Positions 8,506 to 18,173 of a stretch of 29,953 bases of DNA are shown one piece after another. The translations under genes and the position numbers were made by a program. This DNA is from a virus (lineage: Duplodnaviria > Caudoviricetes): IMG/VR virus record IMGVR_UViG_3300046009_000864, positions 1 to 29,953 of that record; one strand, given 5' to 3'. Each line of letters starts with the position of its first letter. The first letter of the stretch is position 1. The notes under the pieces were generated by a model. It searched no databases. It saw only the letters and a program-made list of their open reading frames with translations, and was not told the origin of the DNA.

Positions 8506-10152
8506 TTACCCCCAAATCATTGCTGTCATGATGCCGCCAGAGGCTCCGCCGCCACCGCCGGGAATGTTTACTGTTACCGCTCCAGTTGCAGCCGTTGCTG
8601 TTACGCCTGCGCCTGTGAAGTTAAAGGATGTTACAGAAGCGGTTATTTGCGTTCCGTCGTCGCTTACAGGAATAGATCCGCTACCAGCAGGGCCGGTGGC
8701 ACCCGTCGGACCCGTGGGACCCGTAACCGAAGCGCCAGCGTCGCCCGTGGGACCGGTCGGGCCGTTAGCCCCAGCAACCCCCGTGGGACCTGTGGGGCCG
8801 GGAACCGTACTTGCAGCGCCTTGGGCACCGGTAGGACCCGTCGGGCCGGTTCCAGATGGGCCGGTGGCACCGGTTGGGCCCTGATACCCGTCAAGAACCC
8901 TGATGTTAATTCCCACGCCCGAAGCTGGAGCAACACCAAAAACCACATTACCAGCCGAAACCGTGTAATCAGATGTTGGAACTTGCGTTACGCCGTTTTC
9001 CAAAACAATAACTGAGAGAGCGGTAATTCCGCCGGTTGCAGCAAACGTTGTTGTTGTTCCATCGCCGGTATAACTGTAGCTTTGGAAGCCGGTTCCGATA
9101 GCTGAGGCAGGGCCGGTGGGACCGGTAGGCCCAGGAGTTGTCGAGACGGGGCCGGTGGCACCGGTCGGGCCAGGAACGGTAGAAGCGGCACCGGTAGGGC
9201 CCGTCGGACCATCAATTCCTTGATTGCCCTGCGGACCAGTAGGGCCGGGAACCGTAGAAGGATCGCCGGCTGGACCGGTAGCGCCAGTGGCACCAGTAGC
9301 ACCAGTCGGGCCTGGAACCGTAGAGGCCGGCCCGGTGGGTCCCGTCGGCCCAGCGCCAGCGGAAACATTCACAGTTACAGCATCGCCAACAGCCGTAGCG
9401 GTTACGCCAGCTCCGGTAAAGTCAAAAGACGTTACGTTCGTTGTAAGCGTCGTTCCTTCGTCTTTTACGGTAATCTCAGAACCGCCGCCTCCCGCTGGAC
9501 CGGTTGGACCGGTAGCACCGGTGGGGCCGGTAACAGAAGCCCCGGTAGGGCCTGTACTTCCCGTAGGGCCTGGAACCGTGGAAGCATCGCCGGTGGGACC
9601 CGTTGGGCCAGCCACCCCAGCGCTGCCTTGGGGACCTGTAGGGCCGGGAACCGTGGAAGCGGCTCCCGTTGGGCCTGTAATAGAAGCGCCCGTGGGACCG
9701 GTGGCACCGGTTGGACCGGTAGGGCCTGCCGAGCCGCCACCAGACACAGTAACCGTAACATCACCACCAACTGCCGTAGCCGTAGCGCCCGGGCCCGTCA
9801 CATTCAGAGACGTAAGCCCGGATGTGATCTGAACCCCCGCATTACTAACGGAAATGTTTGTTCCGCTGCCCGCCGGACCAGTAGGACCCGTAGCGCCAGC
9901 GCTACCCTGAGCACCGGTTGGGCCAGTAACCGAGGCTCCGGCGGCACCGGTGGGACCTGTCGGGCCAGGAACGGTAGACGCGGAACCCGTGGCACCGGTA
10001 GGACCGGTCGGACCGCCAGGAGAGCCTGGAGCCCCAGTAGCACCGGTGGGGCCTGTGGGGCCTCCGGCGGGCCCCTGGGGACCGGTGGGGCCGATTACGC
10101 CTTGGTCAATTGTTAACGTAATCTGATTTGCGCCTGTAACTGTCGTACTCAA
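8506..10152 (-). CDS. Collagen-like tail fibre with interspersed globular modules
   Basis: Four Gly-X-Y blocks dominated by GPT/GAT, three similar ~45-aa beta modules, one [10 protein letters not shown]-type domain, and a hydrophobic C-terminus (GIMTAMIWG). Confidence 0.88.
   Translation of the reverse strand: MSTTVTGANQITLTIDQGVIGPTGPQGPAGGPTGPTGATGAPGSPGGPTGPTGATGSASTVPGPTGPTGAAGASVTGPTGAQGSAGATGPTGPAGSGTNISVSNAGVQITSGLTSLNVTGPGATATAVGGDVTVTVSGGGSAGPTGPTGATGPTGASITGPTGAASTVPGPTGPQGSAGVAGPTGPTGDASTVPGPTGSTGPTGASVTGPTGATGPTGPAGGGGSEITVKDEGTTLTTNVTSFDFTGAGVTATAVGDAVTVNVSAGAGPTGPTGPASTVPGPTGATGATGATGPAGDPSTVPGPTGPQGNQGIDGPTGPTGAASTVPGPTGATGPVSTTPGPTGPTGPASAIGTGFQSYSYTGDGTTTTFAATGGITALSVIVLENGVTQVPTSDYTVSAGNVVFGVAPASGVGINIRVLDGYQGPTGATGPSGTGPTGPTGAQGAASTVPGPTGPTGVAGANGPTGPTGDAGASVTGPTGPTGATGPAGSGSIPVSDDGTQITASVTSFNFTGAGVTATAATGAVTVNIPGGGGGASGGIMTAMIWG
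8686..10095 (-). repeat. Collagen-coding GC-rich degenerate 9-bp-period repeats (four blocks)
   Basis: Recurrent ggaccggt/gggcc units. Exact 17-mer gtagggccgggaaccgt at 9239-9255 and 9638-9654. Confidence 0.9.
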
Positions 10153-10631
10153 TTTGTAACTCCGTCAGAGCGAACCAAAAATAGCAAGAAGATGATGAGA
10201 TCTTGCGCCGGAGTCGTACCGCTTGCGGGTAATGCGACAGTAATATTCCCAGAGAACCCGACAGGGTTAGAAGCGTTTATATCAAGTTGCGTATCGGTCG
10301 AAAGAACAGACCACGCCGATTCGTCAATTACTAAAGTAAACGATCCGCCGGAAAGATTCTGATTGGTAATCGTTAGGCTTACAGGAGACGGAGGCGGCGT
10401 GTAGTCAGCTATGTCAAACGTAAGCCCATATCGAGAGTCACGAACGTTTGAGAGCTGTCGCCGGATAATTTGGCTTGTGATAGTAGCGCCCGTCAGATTG
10501 CGCGGCGTACCGTCGGAATTATTAAGCGTTAGATTCCAGTAAGTTTTCTGGTTGTATACCAGCTCACCGGCAATAATTTGATTGTCGAATCCGCTAACCT
10601 GTGTCAGCGTATTCTTGTTGAAGATCGCCAT
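10149..10631 (-). CDS. Putative fibre-anchoring (BppU N-terminal-like) virion protein
   Basis: [16 protein letters not shown] pattern typical of upper-baseplate/fibre attachment domains. First gene of the fibre module, with RBS GAGGG. Confidence 0.55.
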   Translation of the reverse strand: MAIFNKNTLTQVSGFDNQIIAGELVYNQKTYWNLTLNNSDGTPRNLTGATITSQIIRRQLSNVRDSRYGLTFDIADYTPPPSPVSLTITNQNLSGGSFTLVIDESAWSVLSTDTQLDINASNPVGFSGNITVALPASGTTPAQDLIIFLLFLVRSDGVTN

Positions 10632-10653
10632 GTTCCCTCACTCGGTAAATTGA

Positions 10654-10680
10654 CGTTCGCCAAGCACTCTCAGCTAAACG
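10654..10680 (-). promoter_or_regulatory. Stem-loop in the predicted 5' leader of the fibre module
   Basis: Minus strand CGTTT-A-GCTGAG-[AGTG]-CTTGGC-GAACG: 11 pairs including 3 G-U, with one bulged A. Confidence 0.45.
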
Positions 10681-10703
10681 GGTGGCTATCTTGTCTTTTT
10701 TTT

Positions 10704-10732
10704 ATTTTATGGCTTATCTATAAGTTTAGCAA
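10704..10732 (-). promoter_or_regulatory. Candidate sigma70-type promoter
   Basis: Minus strand TTGCTA (10732-10727), exactly 17 nt, TAAAAT (10709-10704), then an A-tract, at the largest non-coding gap of the late region. Confidence 0.55.
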
Positions 10733-13700
10733 CAATCTCATTGAGACGTTTTAACTCTTTGAGAAGCGGAACAATAAGTTTTGAATAGTTGATGCCGCGA
10801 AGCTCTTTTTTCCCGTCAACAATATCGTAATAACACAAATCGGGATTAACGATCTCAACATCTTCCGCAATCAAACCATATGCAAGCTCTCCATCTTTTT
10901 CATCGGTTAGGTTGCCATCCTTATCTTTTGCTCTATAAAAAAACGTAACCGGATTGAGAGCGTAAAGCCAAGAACAGTCTGGCATCTCTGCGATTTGCGT
11001 TTTCGTTTCGCGTAATGAGCTGACGTAACCAATCAACCCCGTGTTGTCTACATAAACGTCTCGGTTCGTTCCGCCTACGGTTTGCGAGTAAACGCCAGCG
11101 CAAACAGCATTGCCAGCAGAAGTAACCGTAAAGTATGCGGTTCCGCTATTGACGCTAGCTCCAGCTCCTATGACAACGCCGCCATCAACTGTGTCGCTGA
11201 TGTTTGCGCTTATGAAATATTGCTTTACATCACCGGACGACCTCAACAAGATCTCAGGGATGTTCTTCTGGAGTTTGACATCGCCTTTTGCAAACAGCGT
11301 CGATCCATTCCAAGTGAAATCAGCCGAGCCGCCAAAAGCGCCGGAATTGTTGTATTGAATGCTTGTGTTTACGCCGCCAGGGGTTGCGTTGCTTCCGGTT
11401 GGGCCTGTAGCGCCTTGCGGACCGGTAGGGCCGGGAACGGTCGAGGCGGCACCGGTAGGACCTGTGGGGCCCTGAGCACCTTGCGCCCCGGTAGGGCCAA
11501 CATTTCCCTGAATGCCTGTGGGACCCGTGGGCCCGACATTTCCTTGTATGCCTTGGGGACCCGTGGGGCCAACGTTACCCTGTGGGCCGGTGGGACCGGT
11601 GATCGAAAGGCCAGAGGCCCCGGTCGGACCCGTGGGGCCGGGAACCGTAGAGGCGGCACCAGTGGGACCCGTTGGACCGGCGATAGAGGAGGCGGCACCG
11701 GTTGGACCCGTGGGACCGGGGACTGTAGAAGCCGGACCGGTAGGGCCACCGGCACCGGTAGGACCGGTAGGGCCGGGGACGGTTGATGCAGCGCCATGCG
11801 GACCGGTAGGGCCGATATTTCCCTGTGGCCCTGTCGCGCCGACATTGCCTTGGGCACCCGTCGGACCGGTAGGGCCAGCGACTGTTGAGGCGGGACCAGT
11901 AGGGCCGGCCATGCCTTGTTGGCCGGTGGGACCCGTGGGGCCGGGAGTGGTGGAAACCGGACCGGTGGCACCGGTTGGGCCTTGAGCGCCGGTTGCGCCT
12001 GTAGCGCCAATATTTCCTTGAGCACCGGTAGGACCTGTGGGGCCGGGGACGGTAGACGCTGCCCCTGTTGGGCCCGTAACGGATGGGCCGGTGGCACCGG
12101 TAGGACCTGTGGGGCCGGCGACTGTGGAAGCAGCGCCGGTGGCACCGGTGGGACCCGTGGGGCCGCTTCCGGAACCGGTTGGACCGATCGGACCCGTGGG
12201 GCCGGTTGGACCGCCGGCGGGACCGGTTGGGCCTACGGCTCCGTCGCTGATGCTTGAAATAATCATTGAATTTGAAGCAGTACAGCTACCCTGCGTGGCA
12301 GTAACCGATATTGTTTTTGCTGTACTAGGAGCGAACGCCGAAAGAACAAACGTATTTGTTGTTGATGCCTGAAGAACCCCATCTACTCGCCATGCCCACG
12401 TTGGCGAGCTAAGCGAACTTGCGGCCGTGAAAGTTATAGAAGCTGGGGAAATAACGCCAGCAGATGAGGTTATAAATTGAACAGCGGTAGAGGTAAGCGT
12501 TACCGTTCTTACGCTTGTATCCCAAACATATGCCGAGGAGGTTCCGCTAACAGATGAAGCGCTTTCATTGCTAGCAATCGCTCGGAAATAGTACGTTCCA
12601 GAAGGAAGCGTGATGTTTGTAAACACCACAGATACATTCGGATTAAATGGAGTTCCGTCTAATGTTCTAGATGTTTTTATTAAGCTCCAATCGCTATTAG
12701 TTGGCGTTGCAACCGTTGTGTAGTACAGCGACATGAGGGAAACCCGGCCTGTAGCGGGAGCATCCGAGTAGAAGCTAAAAACTGGAGGATCAGCGCATGG
12801 AGCAGGAGCATAAGGAGCAACGTTATAAAGAACTGGCGTTCCCGGAGCGGAAATGTATTGCGAAGAAGGAATACCAGATGGCGGAGCTTCTGAATACTGC
12901 GTAATGGTTCCCGGCGGAGGGTCTGCGTAGACGCTTGCAGCGTACTCAACTAAATCAAGCGTTGCGCCAAGACCTCCATCTGGCGTGGTCGCTTCGTTAA
13001 CCTTGAAAACACGAAAGAGCTTGTTCGTCCATCCGTAGTCTGCGTTTGTAATATCTACAACGTCTCCAGCATCTACCTGAATGGCTGGATAGGCAGCAGT
13101 TATAGAAACGAGCAGATCCTCGCGTGACTGCAAAAGCCTACGGTTTGCAAGATACTTAACCTGAACCGAATCGTTAACCATCTCCATTTTGTAGGTTTCT
13201 CGATTCGGAGGCTCGTTTGCATACAAGCCAGACGAAAGCGCCATATAAACCAAATCAGGCTGATCCCTTGCGTCTTTGCTTGGAAATTCAATTTCTATCT
13301 GATTGATCTGCTGATTGATGTCTGTTGTACTAACTCTTATGTCGCCAATAAGGTTTGTATCGTTAAAAGAAAACGAAGATGTCTCAGCCTTGTTAACGAC
13401 AACAGACCATTGGCCGGTAGCAGCCGTGTAGGTCATCCAAGAGTCGCAAGCCTCAATAATTTGCTCGACGTTTTCTAAGATTGGCCGAGCCGTATCTAGA
13501 ACGCCGTTGATCCTGTACCTGGGCTGCGTACTTGTTCCGCCAGATGAGTTTGTGAACGAAAGAACAACATCCGAATAGGTATTGAGAGCAGCAGCGCTTG
13601 CAGAATCAACCAAGCCCGTCATGCCAGCGCCGTACCTCGTGTCTGTCATGTAGTCATACCAAACATCCCCAGGCTTTGCCGCGCCCGTTCCGTTTAGGTA

Positions 13701-14363
13701 TTGCGAGCATTTGAACGTCAGGGGCTCCAAACCCGTCGTTCCTGCATCTCGGTTGTAAATCAGTTTGACAATAGCAAAAGCCAATCCGTTCATCTGCCGG
13801 CCAGAAGCAGGCCAGCGTAACGATGCGCTAATGTCTGATCCGCCCATTACAACGCTTGGAGCAGATCCATTGATTGGCGTGATAACCCCCGCGTTGGTTG
13901 ACGTGTACAAGTTGATGTACATGTAACCGTTGATGTTCGTTTGCGGGTTTCCGCTGCCATCAGTAAGCGAAACGACTTTCGTCAGATCTGTTGTATCAAA
14001 AGTAATCTGCCTATCGCCGTACCAAAAATCAGTTGTGTCAAAAGAAAACTGGCCGTTCGCGCTAATGCTTGAAATTGCCAGAACGTAATACATCGTTTTT
14101 TGATCGGTAGATAGAACCGCATCAACAAAATTCCCGCCAAGATAAGCATCGCCGTAGACTATCGGAATAGAAAGATTCGCCGCTGGTGGTAATTGCTGCC
14201 GAGAGCCAGGATCTATAGCGTTTGAGTTTTTATTTCCAAATGCCCTGCTAACAACAACCGAGGTTGCAAGCCTGATCGCAGCCGTAGCCGCCATTGCGCC
14301 AAGGCTTCCCGCTGCAAATGCACCTGTTTCAACTAATCCGGCGACAATGATCGAGGCTGGCAT
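10707..14363 (-). CDS. Tail tip/central fibre protein: gpJ-like N-terminus, Ig/FN3-like domains, collagen, peptidase S74 chaperone
   Basis: [33 protein letters not shown] and [11 protein letters not shown] tail-tip motifs. About 285 aa of Gly-X-Y. C-terminal SLRETK...LNPVTF...YGLIAEDV...[17 protein letters not shown]. Confidence 0.88.
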   Translation of the reverse strand: MPASIIVAGLVETGAFAAGSLGAMAATAAIRLATSVVVSRAFGNKNSNAIDPGSRQQLPPAANLSIPIVYGDAYLGGNFVDAVLSTDQKTMYYVLAISSISANGQFSFDTTDFWYGDRQITFDTTDLTKVVSLTDGSGNPQTNINGYMYINLYTSTNAGVITPINGSAPSVVMGGSDISASLRWPASGRQMNGLAFAIVKLIYNRDAGTTGLEPLTFKCSQYLNGTGAAKPGDVWYDYMTDTRYGAGMTGLVDSASAAALNTYSDVVLSFTNSSGGTSTQPRYRINGVLDTARPILENVEQIIEACDSWMTYTAATGQWSVVVNKAETSSFSFNDTNLIGDIRVSTTDINQQINQIEIEFPSKDARDQPDLVYMALSSGLYANEPPNRETYKMEMVNDSVQVKYLANRRLLQSREDLLVSITAAYPAIQVDAGDVVDITNADYGWTNKLFRVFKVNEATTPDGGLGATLDLVEYAASVYADPPPGTITQYSEAPPSGIPSSQYISAPGTPVLYNVAPYAPAPCADPPVFSFYSDAPATGRVSLMSLYYTTVATPTNSDWSLIKTSRTLDGTPFNPNVSVVFTNITLPSGTYYFRAIASNESASSVSGTSSAYVWDTSVRTVTLTSTAVQFITSSAGVISPASITFTAASSLSSPTWAWRVDGVLQASTTNTFVLSAFAPSTAKTISVTATQGSCTASNSMIISSISDGAVGPTGPAGGPTGPTGPIGPTGSGSGPTGPTGATGAASTVAGPTGPTGATGPSVTGPTGAASTVPGPTGPTGAQGNIGATGATGAQGPTGATGPVSTTPGPTGPTGQQGMAGPTGPASTVAGPTGPTGAQGNVGATGPQGNIGPTGPHGAASTVPGPTGPTGAGGPTGPASTVPGPTGPTGAASSIAGPTGPTGAASTVPGPTGPTGASGLSITGPTGPQGNVGPTGPQGIQGNVGPTGPTGIQGNVGPTGAQGAQGPTGPTGAASTVPGPTGPQGATGPTGSNATPGGVNTSIQYNNSGAFGGSADFTWNGSTLFAKGDVKLQKNIPEILLRSSGDVKQYFISANISDTVDGGVVIGAGASVNSGTAYFTVTSAGNAVCAGVYSQTVGGTNRDVYVDNTGLIGYVSSLRETKTQIAEMPDCSWLYALNPVTFFYRAKDKDGNLTDEKDGELAYGLIAEDVEIVNPDLCYYDIVDGKKELRGINYSKLIVPLLKELKRLNEIVAKLIDKP
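11390..12243 (-). repeat. Collagen-coding repeat block within the tail tip gene
   Basis: GPT-rich triplets with recurrent ASTV(P/A) interruptions. Exact 23-mer gcaccggtaggacctgtggggcc at 11449-11471, 12022-12044 and 12094-12116. Confidence 0.9.
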
Positions 14364-14366
14364 GAT

Positions 14367-14804
14367 CTACTCTCTAAAAAATGTTGCTTGCAATGGCTTG
14401 AATTTGTATCGTGTGTAATCAATCTCTGGGCTTGTAGGCATAAGGCTTGTACAGACAATCTGAACTCTTTTTTGGTCTAACAAATCTTGAGCTAGCTTGT
14501 TAAACCTTAACCAGAGTTTTCCGCCAATTGATGTACTTCGATACTCTGGGTCTACCCACCAAGCAACCTCGTGTAATTCTCTGACGCTACTGTTCCAAAA
14601 GTTTCTCGTGATGTAAGCAGCTATAAATCCTCGAAGCTGATCGTCTACCAAAACAAAGCCGCGCCCCTTCAACATCTCATAAAACAAAGATCGAACGTGG
14701 TTTTCGTTCTGGTTGTTTTTTAGTGTTTCTATGCCTGCTTCGTTTGCGTATGCCTTCATCATCTCAACCAAATGAGGCATGTCGTATTTTGTCGCGTATC
14801 TCAT
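14367..14804 (-). CDS. GNAT-fold acetyltransferase-like protein
   Basis: MRYATKYDMPHL start, GFIAAY strand and WWVDPEYRSTSIGGKL (acetyl-CoA binding motif A-like). Confidence 0.72.
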   Translation of the reverse strand: MRYATKYDMPHLVEMMKAYANEAGIETLKNNQNENHVRSLFYEMLKGRGFVLVDDQLRGFIAAYITRNFWNSSVRELHEVAWWVDPEYRSTSIGGKLWLRFNKLAQDLLDQKRVQIVCTSLMPTSPEIDYTRYKFKPLQATFFRE

Positions 14805-15454
14805 ATACCAGTTAGATCTTGCTCATAAACATTAGGTTGATCTCCAGAATTAGGATCAGACAAACCGCCACCCTTTGGAGGCGATCCAAAGTCAAAGTAT
14901 TGCCCCGCAATTGCATCCACCCGATCCATGCTTGCATCTGTTGAGTAAAGCGCTCGCCATGTATTTTGATTCGTTCTTATTCCTGAGATCTTATTCTCTA
15001 AGATCGTACGGAAAGAAGCGCAAGCAATTGAGCAGGCAACCGTTCGTGATCGGTTGTTTTCATCAAAGGTTTCATTCAGGCTTACGCTGTTAACGATGCC
15101 CTGGTAGCGCTTAAAAAACTGAGTGGTTGGGCTTGTGATGATTTGATAGTTAGAGTCAAAGAAGCCGCGCCAGATCTCAACGGTTGAGCCCTTAATATTA
15201 TTTGCAAGAACTAGAGCAACGTTTGTTGGGTCTATACCGATCAACGTTATAAGCATGTCATCAGAGGTTGCCTTTAAGTCTCTCTGAACGTCGCCAACAG
15301 AAAGAAGGCTGCCTAACCCTGTAAACGTAATGCCCGAAACCGTGATGGATGCGGCAGCAGAACAAAACGTATAAGTGTTCGTGCTTGTAACTAGCCTTAC
15401 GAATTCACTGTGCGTTATCGTCGAGGAAGATAACGCGGTCATTGGAGTTGTCAC
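14801..15454 (-). CDS. Minor tail/baseplate hub protein (DUF2163-like)
   Basis: Lies between the distal tail and tip genes. FTGLGSLLSVGDV, GSTVEIWRGFFD and FDFG motifs. Confidence 0.65.
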   Translation of the reverse strand: MTTPMTALSSSTITHSEFVRLVTSTNTYTFCSAAASITVSGITFTGLGSLLSVGDVQRDLKATSDDMLITLIGIDPTNVALVLANNIKGSTVEIWRGFFDSNYQIITSPTTQFFKRYQGIVNSVSLNETFDENNRSRTVACSIACASFRTILENKISGIRTNQNTWRALYSTDASMDRVDAIAGQYFDFGSPPKGGGLSDPNSGDQPNVYEQDLTGI

Positions 15455-16098
15455 TGTACAAACTCCCTAAAAACGAAGTCATTATCCCAATCGACAAAAG
15501 CGCCGTTGGTCATGGGTTTGAGCGTGTAGGTTGGGCAAACTTCGGCAACGACATTGAATGTACAAGCAGATCCGACAGCCGTAAGAGTTCCCGTTGATGG
15601 TGTTCCAATTATCGGCCTGTGAATTGTTACGCTAACCGTCGACCCCGAACCTCGCAGAACTTCAGCGGTTACTTTGTAAGGATAGTTTCCGATCTGAATA
15701 AAATCACCGGCCTTAAAGACAATCGTAGAGCTTGCAATAGTAGGGAGGTTACCAACTGAAATCGTCGTCGCATTCGCCGCCGGAACAGAAGCAAGCGTTA
15801 GCGCTGCTGCCTGAGCGCCGCTTAGCTGACCTTGATAAGCCGTAAACCATTGAAGATTTGTTGAGCTAAACGTTATATTTGCCGCTGTTTGTCTATCAAG
15901 ATTATCAATGGTCTGGATGACATCTCGAACTTGGGGATAGTAAAGAAAAGAATGCGGCCTAACAGTAAAAACCCAGGGAACGGAAGTAACGTAGAGCGCT
16001 GTTCTAACTTGCCCTGATCTTGAGTATTGCTGGCCTACCATTCGACGGTTATTAACTGTTATGGTTTGGCTAATGTCTAAGATCGTTTGGAAGCTCAT
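15451..16098 (-). CDS. Putative distal tail protein
   Basis: Immediately after the tape measure, with an FKAGDFIQIG beta insert and C-terminal FVFREFV. Confidence 0.6.
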   Translation of the reverse strand: MSFQTILDISQTITVNNRRMVGQQYSRSGQVRTALYVTSVPWVFTVRPHSFLYYPQVRDVIQTIDNLDRQTAANITFSSTNLQWFTAYQGQLSGAQAAALTLASVPAANATTISVGNLPTIASSTIVFKAGDFIQIGNYPYKVTAEVLRGSGSTVSVTIHRPIIGTPSTGTLTAVGSACTFNVVAEVCPTYTLKPMTNGAFVDWDNDFVFREFVQ

Positions 16099-17831
16099 GT
16101 TCTGCCCCTAACCGAAAGTGATTTGTTTGCGTACGCGTTAGCCGCCCAGACAGCTTTAGAGCTTCCCAAGATACGATCCTCAAAAGACTTAACGTCAATT
16201 GCTTGGATGTTGTAGTTGTTTACCGTGGTAGCGCCGCCCATCGCGTAATTGGGTACAACTTGACCAGCAGAGCTTGGTACGAATAACTCCGGCCCTCTTT
16301 CTCCGACAAGATACGGAGCTCCAGAGGAGACAGGCCCTCCGCCAGCTCGCTTGCCAAATAAATTCCCGATAACTGGCAAACCCGACGCAAAGTTTTCAAA
16401 CAAAGAAGGAACGCCGGTTACATCAGACTTAAAGATCGCATCAAGGAATTTGTCCAACGATCTTGACGCTAATTTCTGTAAAAGCGAAGAAAGCGCAGTT
16501 TTGAAGGCATCCGCCGCCGATTTGCCTGTTGCAAACGCCTCAATGATCGTCGCCCCTAAAGACTTATACCCATCTCTAAGATCTTCAAGGATTTCTAGTT
16601 CTTCTTCGTTGCCCTTCTTTTTAGCCGTCATTTCTTCTAATTGTTTGTTCGCCATGATCTCTGCCTGCTGGCCTAGATCAAGCATAACTTGAGCGCTTTC
16701 CTTTTCAATCTCAACCTGCTTTTCGTATTCTTTGACAATCTGCTCTAGCCTCATCTTGCGCGAATCTTCCATTGCGGCCAGCTCTTGGCTTGCTTCTTTG
16801 GCTAACCGCTGCATCTCTTCTTGTTGCTCAGCTTCTTCTCTGCGTAGCTTGATGATCTCTTCCATCTTTGCAACGCCAGCAGCGCCACCCTGCTTTGCAG
16901 CTTCAAACCGTAATGCGGCTTCTTCGCCTTCTTTGAGTTTAAGTATTTGAGCGTCTAAGCCTTCAAGATAAGTCTTGAGCGCTTTTGCAGCAGACTCCGC
17001 GCCCGAGTCTTTTACAGCCTTTACCCTTGTTCCTGACTGCCTGCCGCCTTGAGTTACACCTAGAACTGGAGCTTGGGCTGGAGCCTCTTCCTCGCCAAAG
17101 CCGAGAAACTTCTTGATACCTGTGTACGCGTCACGCGCTTTGCCCATCAGCGTTAGAAAACCGATCTTTGCCTTCTCGGTCATCTGGTCTATCGCGTCGC
17201 CTATCTCACCGATAGCTAATACACCCTTCTTGGCTTCGCCTGAGAACTTATCGGTGTTTCGAGATAGCTGGTCAATTTTGGAAATATCAAGATTGCCAAA
17301 CTGCTTTCCAAAAAGCTGAACTTGTAATCGAGCGCGTTCCGCGCCAGCGCTCATACCGGAAAGAACTGCTGTTAAGTCTCGGAAGATGTCAATCTCGGGT
17401 CTTAACAAACCACCAGCGTCGGCAATACTTACGCCCAATTCTTTGAACAGATCGGCTTGTTCTTTTTGACCATCAGCGGCAGCGCCAAGCGTTACCGAGA
17501 ACCTATCCCACATCTGCGCGGCGTTATCAGCTTCTTTCCCCGATTGAACCATTGCGCTTTGCAGAGCTAAGACTTCCTCAATCGCTAAACCGGAGCCTTC
17601 AGCGAAGTCGTTAACCGCATCCGCCGCCTTGAAGAAAGAGGTTGCAAATGTTCCAGCGGCAGCGGCGGCTAGTAACATCGGGCTGCGTAGAGCGCCCATC
17701 GCAGTGCCGAGAACATCGACACTGACTTTCATTTCGCGGGTTTTGGCTTTGGCCCTGTCAATCTCTTGAACGAACTTTGCGCTCTCTAGGCCTAGCGCGA
17801 CTTGCAAAGCTGCGATTAGCTTACCGGCCAT
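16095..17831 (-). CDS. Tail tape measure protein (578 aa)
   Basis: Ala-rich helical protein after the chaperone pair. LQVALGLESAKF N-terminus and RAGGGPV...YLVGERGPELFVP C-terminal motif. Confidence 0.9.
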   Translation of the reverse strand: MAGKLIAALQVALGLESAKFVQEIDRAKAKTREMKVSVDVLGTAMGALRSPMLLAAAAAGTFATSFFKAADAVNDFAEGSGLAIEEVLALQSAMVQSGKEADNAAQMWDRFSVTLGAAADGQKEQADLFKELGVSIADAGGLLRPEIDIFRDLTAVLSGMSAGAERARLQVQLFGKQFGNLDISKIDQLSRNTDKFSGEAKKGVLAIGEIGDAIDQMTEKAKIGFLTLMGKARDAYTGIKKFLGFGEEEAPAQAPVLGVTQGGRQSGTRVKAVKDSGAESAAKALKTYLEGLDAQILKLKEGEEAALRFEAAKQGGAAGVAKMEEIIKLRREEAEQQEEMQRLAKEASQELAAMEDSRKMRLEQIVKEYEKQVEIEKESAQVMLDLGQQAEIMANKQLEEMTAKKKGNEEELEILEDLRDGYKSLGATIIEAFATGKSAADAFKTALSSLLQKLASRSLDKFLDAIFKSDVTGVPSLFENFASGLPVIGNLFGKRAGGGPVSSGAPYLVGERGPELFVPSSAGQVVPNYAMGGATTVNNYNIQAIDVKSFEDRILGSSKAVWAANAYANKSLSVRGRT

Positions 17832-18173
17832 TGTTTCCCCCTAAAATGTCTAAAAACTCTGACTTGAACCCCGGCAAACTTGTAAACGCCAGGAAGTCTC
17901 GCTCTTGTCTTGTCATATAGTTTGGAGGGATGAAATACTCCTCCAGATGCGGGAAAAACTCACGGCTCTTGATCGGGTTTTTAGACAGCGCGTTATAAAC
18001 AATTGCCATCAGATGCGAGATCAACATTAAGTTTTGTCTCGCGCCAATCATGCCATCGCGGTACATCAATTCTAACTCTCGCGTGGTCACTACATCAAGG
18101 CTTTCTATGACCTCGGGAGACTGACCGTTAAAGATCATTGCCGCCCGAATCTGCCGATATAGTGACCGCTTTA
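17821..18173 (-). CDS. Tail assembly chaperone, frameshift extension (gpT-like part of gpGT)
   Basis: The -1 frame is open from the slippery site (LKRSLYRQIRAA) into the listed MIFNGQ... ORF 17821..18138. Confidence 0.8.

Noticed and set aside
8686-12243. Repeats resembling a CRISPR array or minisatellite
   Set aside because: They are degenerate, codon-phased and irregularly spaced, with no unique spacers of constant length and no cas genes.
8374-12372. Long + strand and alternate-frame ORFs over the collagen regions, including GPVGPV 'collagens'
   Set aside because: The reverse complement of GGN-CCN-ACN codons automatically gives Gly-Pro-Val-type repeats with few stops. These are shadows of the minus-strand genes.
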